A stretch of 64,000 nt of DNA from the human T2T-CHM13v2.0 reference genome, Homo sapiens: the NCBI RefSeq assembly GCF_009914755.1, contig NC_060941.1. One strand, written 5' to 3'. A program made the translations under genes and the position numbers. Positions 60,833 through 64,000 of this stretch are shown here, in pieces. The notes under the pieces were generated by a model. That model was not told the origin of the DNA. It searched no databases and worked only from the letters and a program-made list of their open reading frames with translations. Position 1 is the stretch's first letter. Each line of letters opens with the position of its first letter.

Positions 60833-61427
60833 TGTAAGGCACATGGACGTGCTTTGGTCAAGGAATAGGCCGAGGCGGACATCCGGGCCAGAGTGACTCA
60901 GCGAGTTTGGGGGGCAGGCACGTACTCCACTTGCTATATAACCTGTTTGTGTAAGTTCATACTGGACTCTACTGTCAGTAGAAGGTAAAACTGCCCTGCT
61001 GACGCTGTTCACGGAGCTTGGTTCAGCTCGGCACGGCAGGGCACGCTTGCTCGCCCAGAGAGAGAATAATGCTACTAACCCCTGCAAGGGACAGCCGGTC
61101 GCCTTGAAGGTGGGCAGTGGGGAGCCAGGAACCCGCTTGTGCCCAGAGGGAAAGAGTTAAGCTGCTGACCCTGACAGAGCTGGCCTTGCCGGCCAGGGAG
61201 AGCAGCTGCAGGCGTGGGGGCAGCAGGAGCCACAGGGCCGGAGCAGACAGCCCAGATAAAGGTGGACAGTGTGAGAGAGCCGCTGCTGAATAAAACTACA
61301 TTTCACCTGCCTATGGCCCCCCAAGGGTTCTTTCAGCTATCTGCTCACTCACTCCCTCCCTCCAGACCACAGCATGGGCTCAAACCTGACCCCAAGTGTA
61401 ACATTTGGTATAGTTATGGACCTGACA
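60833..61427 (+). mobile_element. Solo LTR, LTR18 family (LTR18B-like, ERVL class), antisense in DHX58 intron
   Basis: TG...CA termini, perfect 5-bp TSD CCTAG (60828-60832 / 61428-61432), TGTAAGG..GCTTTGGTCAAGGAATAGGCCGAGG start, AATAAA 61289-61294. Confidence 0.85.
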
Positions 61428-61587
61428 CCTAGTCCTTGTCCAGTCCAGTCATGGCAGACACGAGGCCGTGTCCACACTAGAGAGGGCTCAGTAGAGCCTC
61501 AGCACAAAGTATCCCTGCTCTCTGGTTTGTAGTGCACTCCCCAGCATGACAGTGATGTGACAGACACCAGTGGTGCCTTCTGAGTCA

Positions 61588-62064
<477 letters not shown>

Positions 62065-62190
62065 TCAGATTGGAGTTGGAGAGGCAGATAATAAACCAGT
62101 AAAAGAATAATAGAACCGGCCAGGCATGGTGGCTCACACCTGTAATCCCAGCACTTTGGGAGGCCAAGGCGGGCGGGTCACCTGAGGTCA

Positions 62191-62798
<608 letters not shown>

Positions 62799-63090
62799 TC
62801 AAGAGGTGGCATTAAGCTGTTCAATGAATGACAAGGAGGAGGCAGCAGGAAAAGTTCAAAGGGAAGCGCATTCTAGGCAAAAGAAATGGTAAATGCAAAG
62901 GTCCCCGAGATGGAACAAGCCCTACATGTTCAACATGCAGAAGGCAGGCCAGTGTAACTGTAGGATGAGCTACAACAGGGAGGGCGCAGGAAATGAGGTG
63001 GAGAGGTAGATCACGTGGAACTTTGTAAACCACAGTAGAGTCGGGAGTTAATTCTTTGTACCATAAGAAACCATTGGAGGCTGGGTCTTA

Positions 63091-63444
<354 letters not shown>

Positions 63445-63703
63445 CTATGTTTGCAAAGCCCTTCCTCCCATCAGCTTTCAAGTAGTCCCCACAATGATGT
63501 AAGAATTCCTTCTTCCCTTCACAACCTGCAGCTGGTCCCAGGATGAGGAGCCAGGCAGGGAAGACTTCTTTCCATTTCACAGATTAGTAAACCGAGGCTC
63601 AGCTGGGGAAGGGACTGGCCTAAGATCCTACACGATAGCCCGGCCTGTTTCTACTAGAGTGCCTGCAGGGGTTTTGTGAACAGGCAACCCCTCACTCCCA
63701 CTA

Positions 63704-64000
<297 letters not shown>

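Overview
Human (primate) genomic DNA, recognisable as the 17q21.2 DHX58-ZNF385C locus; all identified genes are on the minus strand. Right end (53.9-64.0 kb): the last 11 coding exons of DHX58/LGP2 (residues 57-678, all GT-AG boundaries reconstructed in frame) plus 3'UTR and poly(A) signal. A CpG island at ~50.7-51.3 kb carries a non-coding first exon of ZNF385C. Its first coding exon (matrin/U1-type C2H2 finger) lies 35 kb away at 15324-15575. A CpG island at ~2.9-3.4 kb carries a first exon most likely of the nested gene C17orf113, and a third CpG island at ~25 kb is unexplained. The rest is Alu-dense intron with L2, MIR, L3, MER3/MER5, THE1, MLT1 and LTR18 repeats and a decayed ERV1-class provirus. 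Most ORF-track entries are spurious. No wholly new gene system is demonstrable. The best leads are: (1) a 252-nt ZNF385C exon that would form a stop-free circular ORF if back-spliced between flanking inverted Alus; (2) a TSD-delimited provirus with an apparent G-to-A hypermutation footprint; (3) a frame-preserving, stop-free DHX58 intron; (4) an Alu supplying the branch region of a DHX58 splice acceptor; (5) an LTR18 with intact AP-1/TATA inside DHX58; (6) two ~90-bp local templated duplications and a ~600-bp orphan insert. Repeat family names and exon numbering come from recalled consensus/annotation and need RepeatMasker/GENCODE confirmation; repeat coordinates are approximate.
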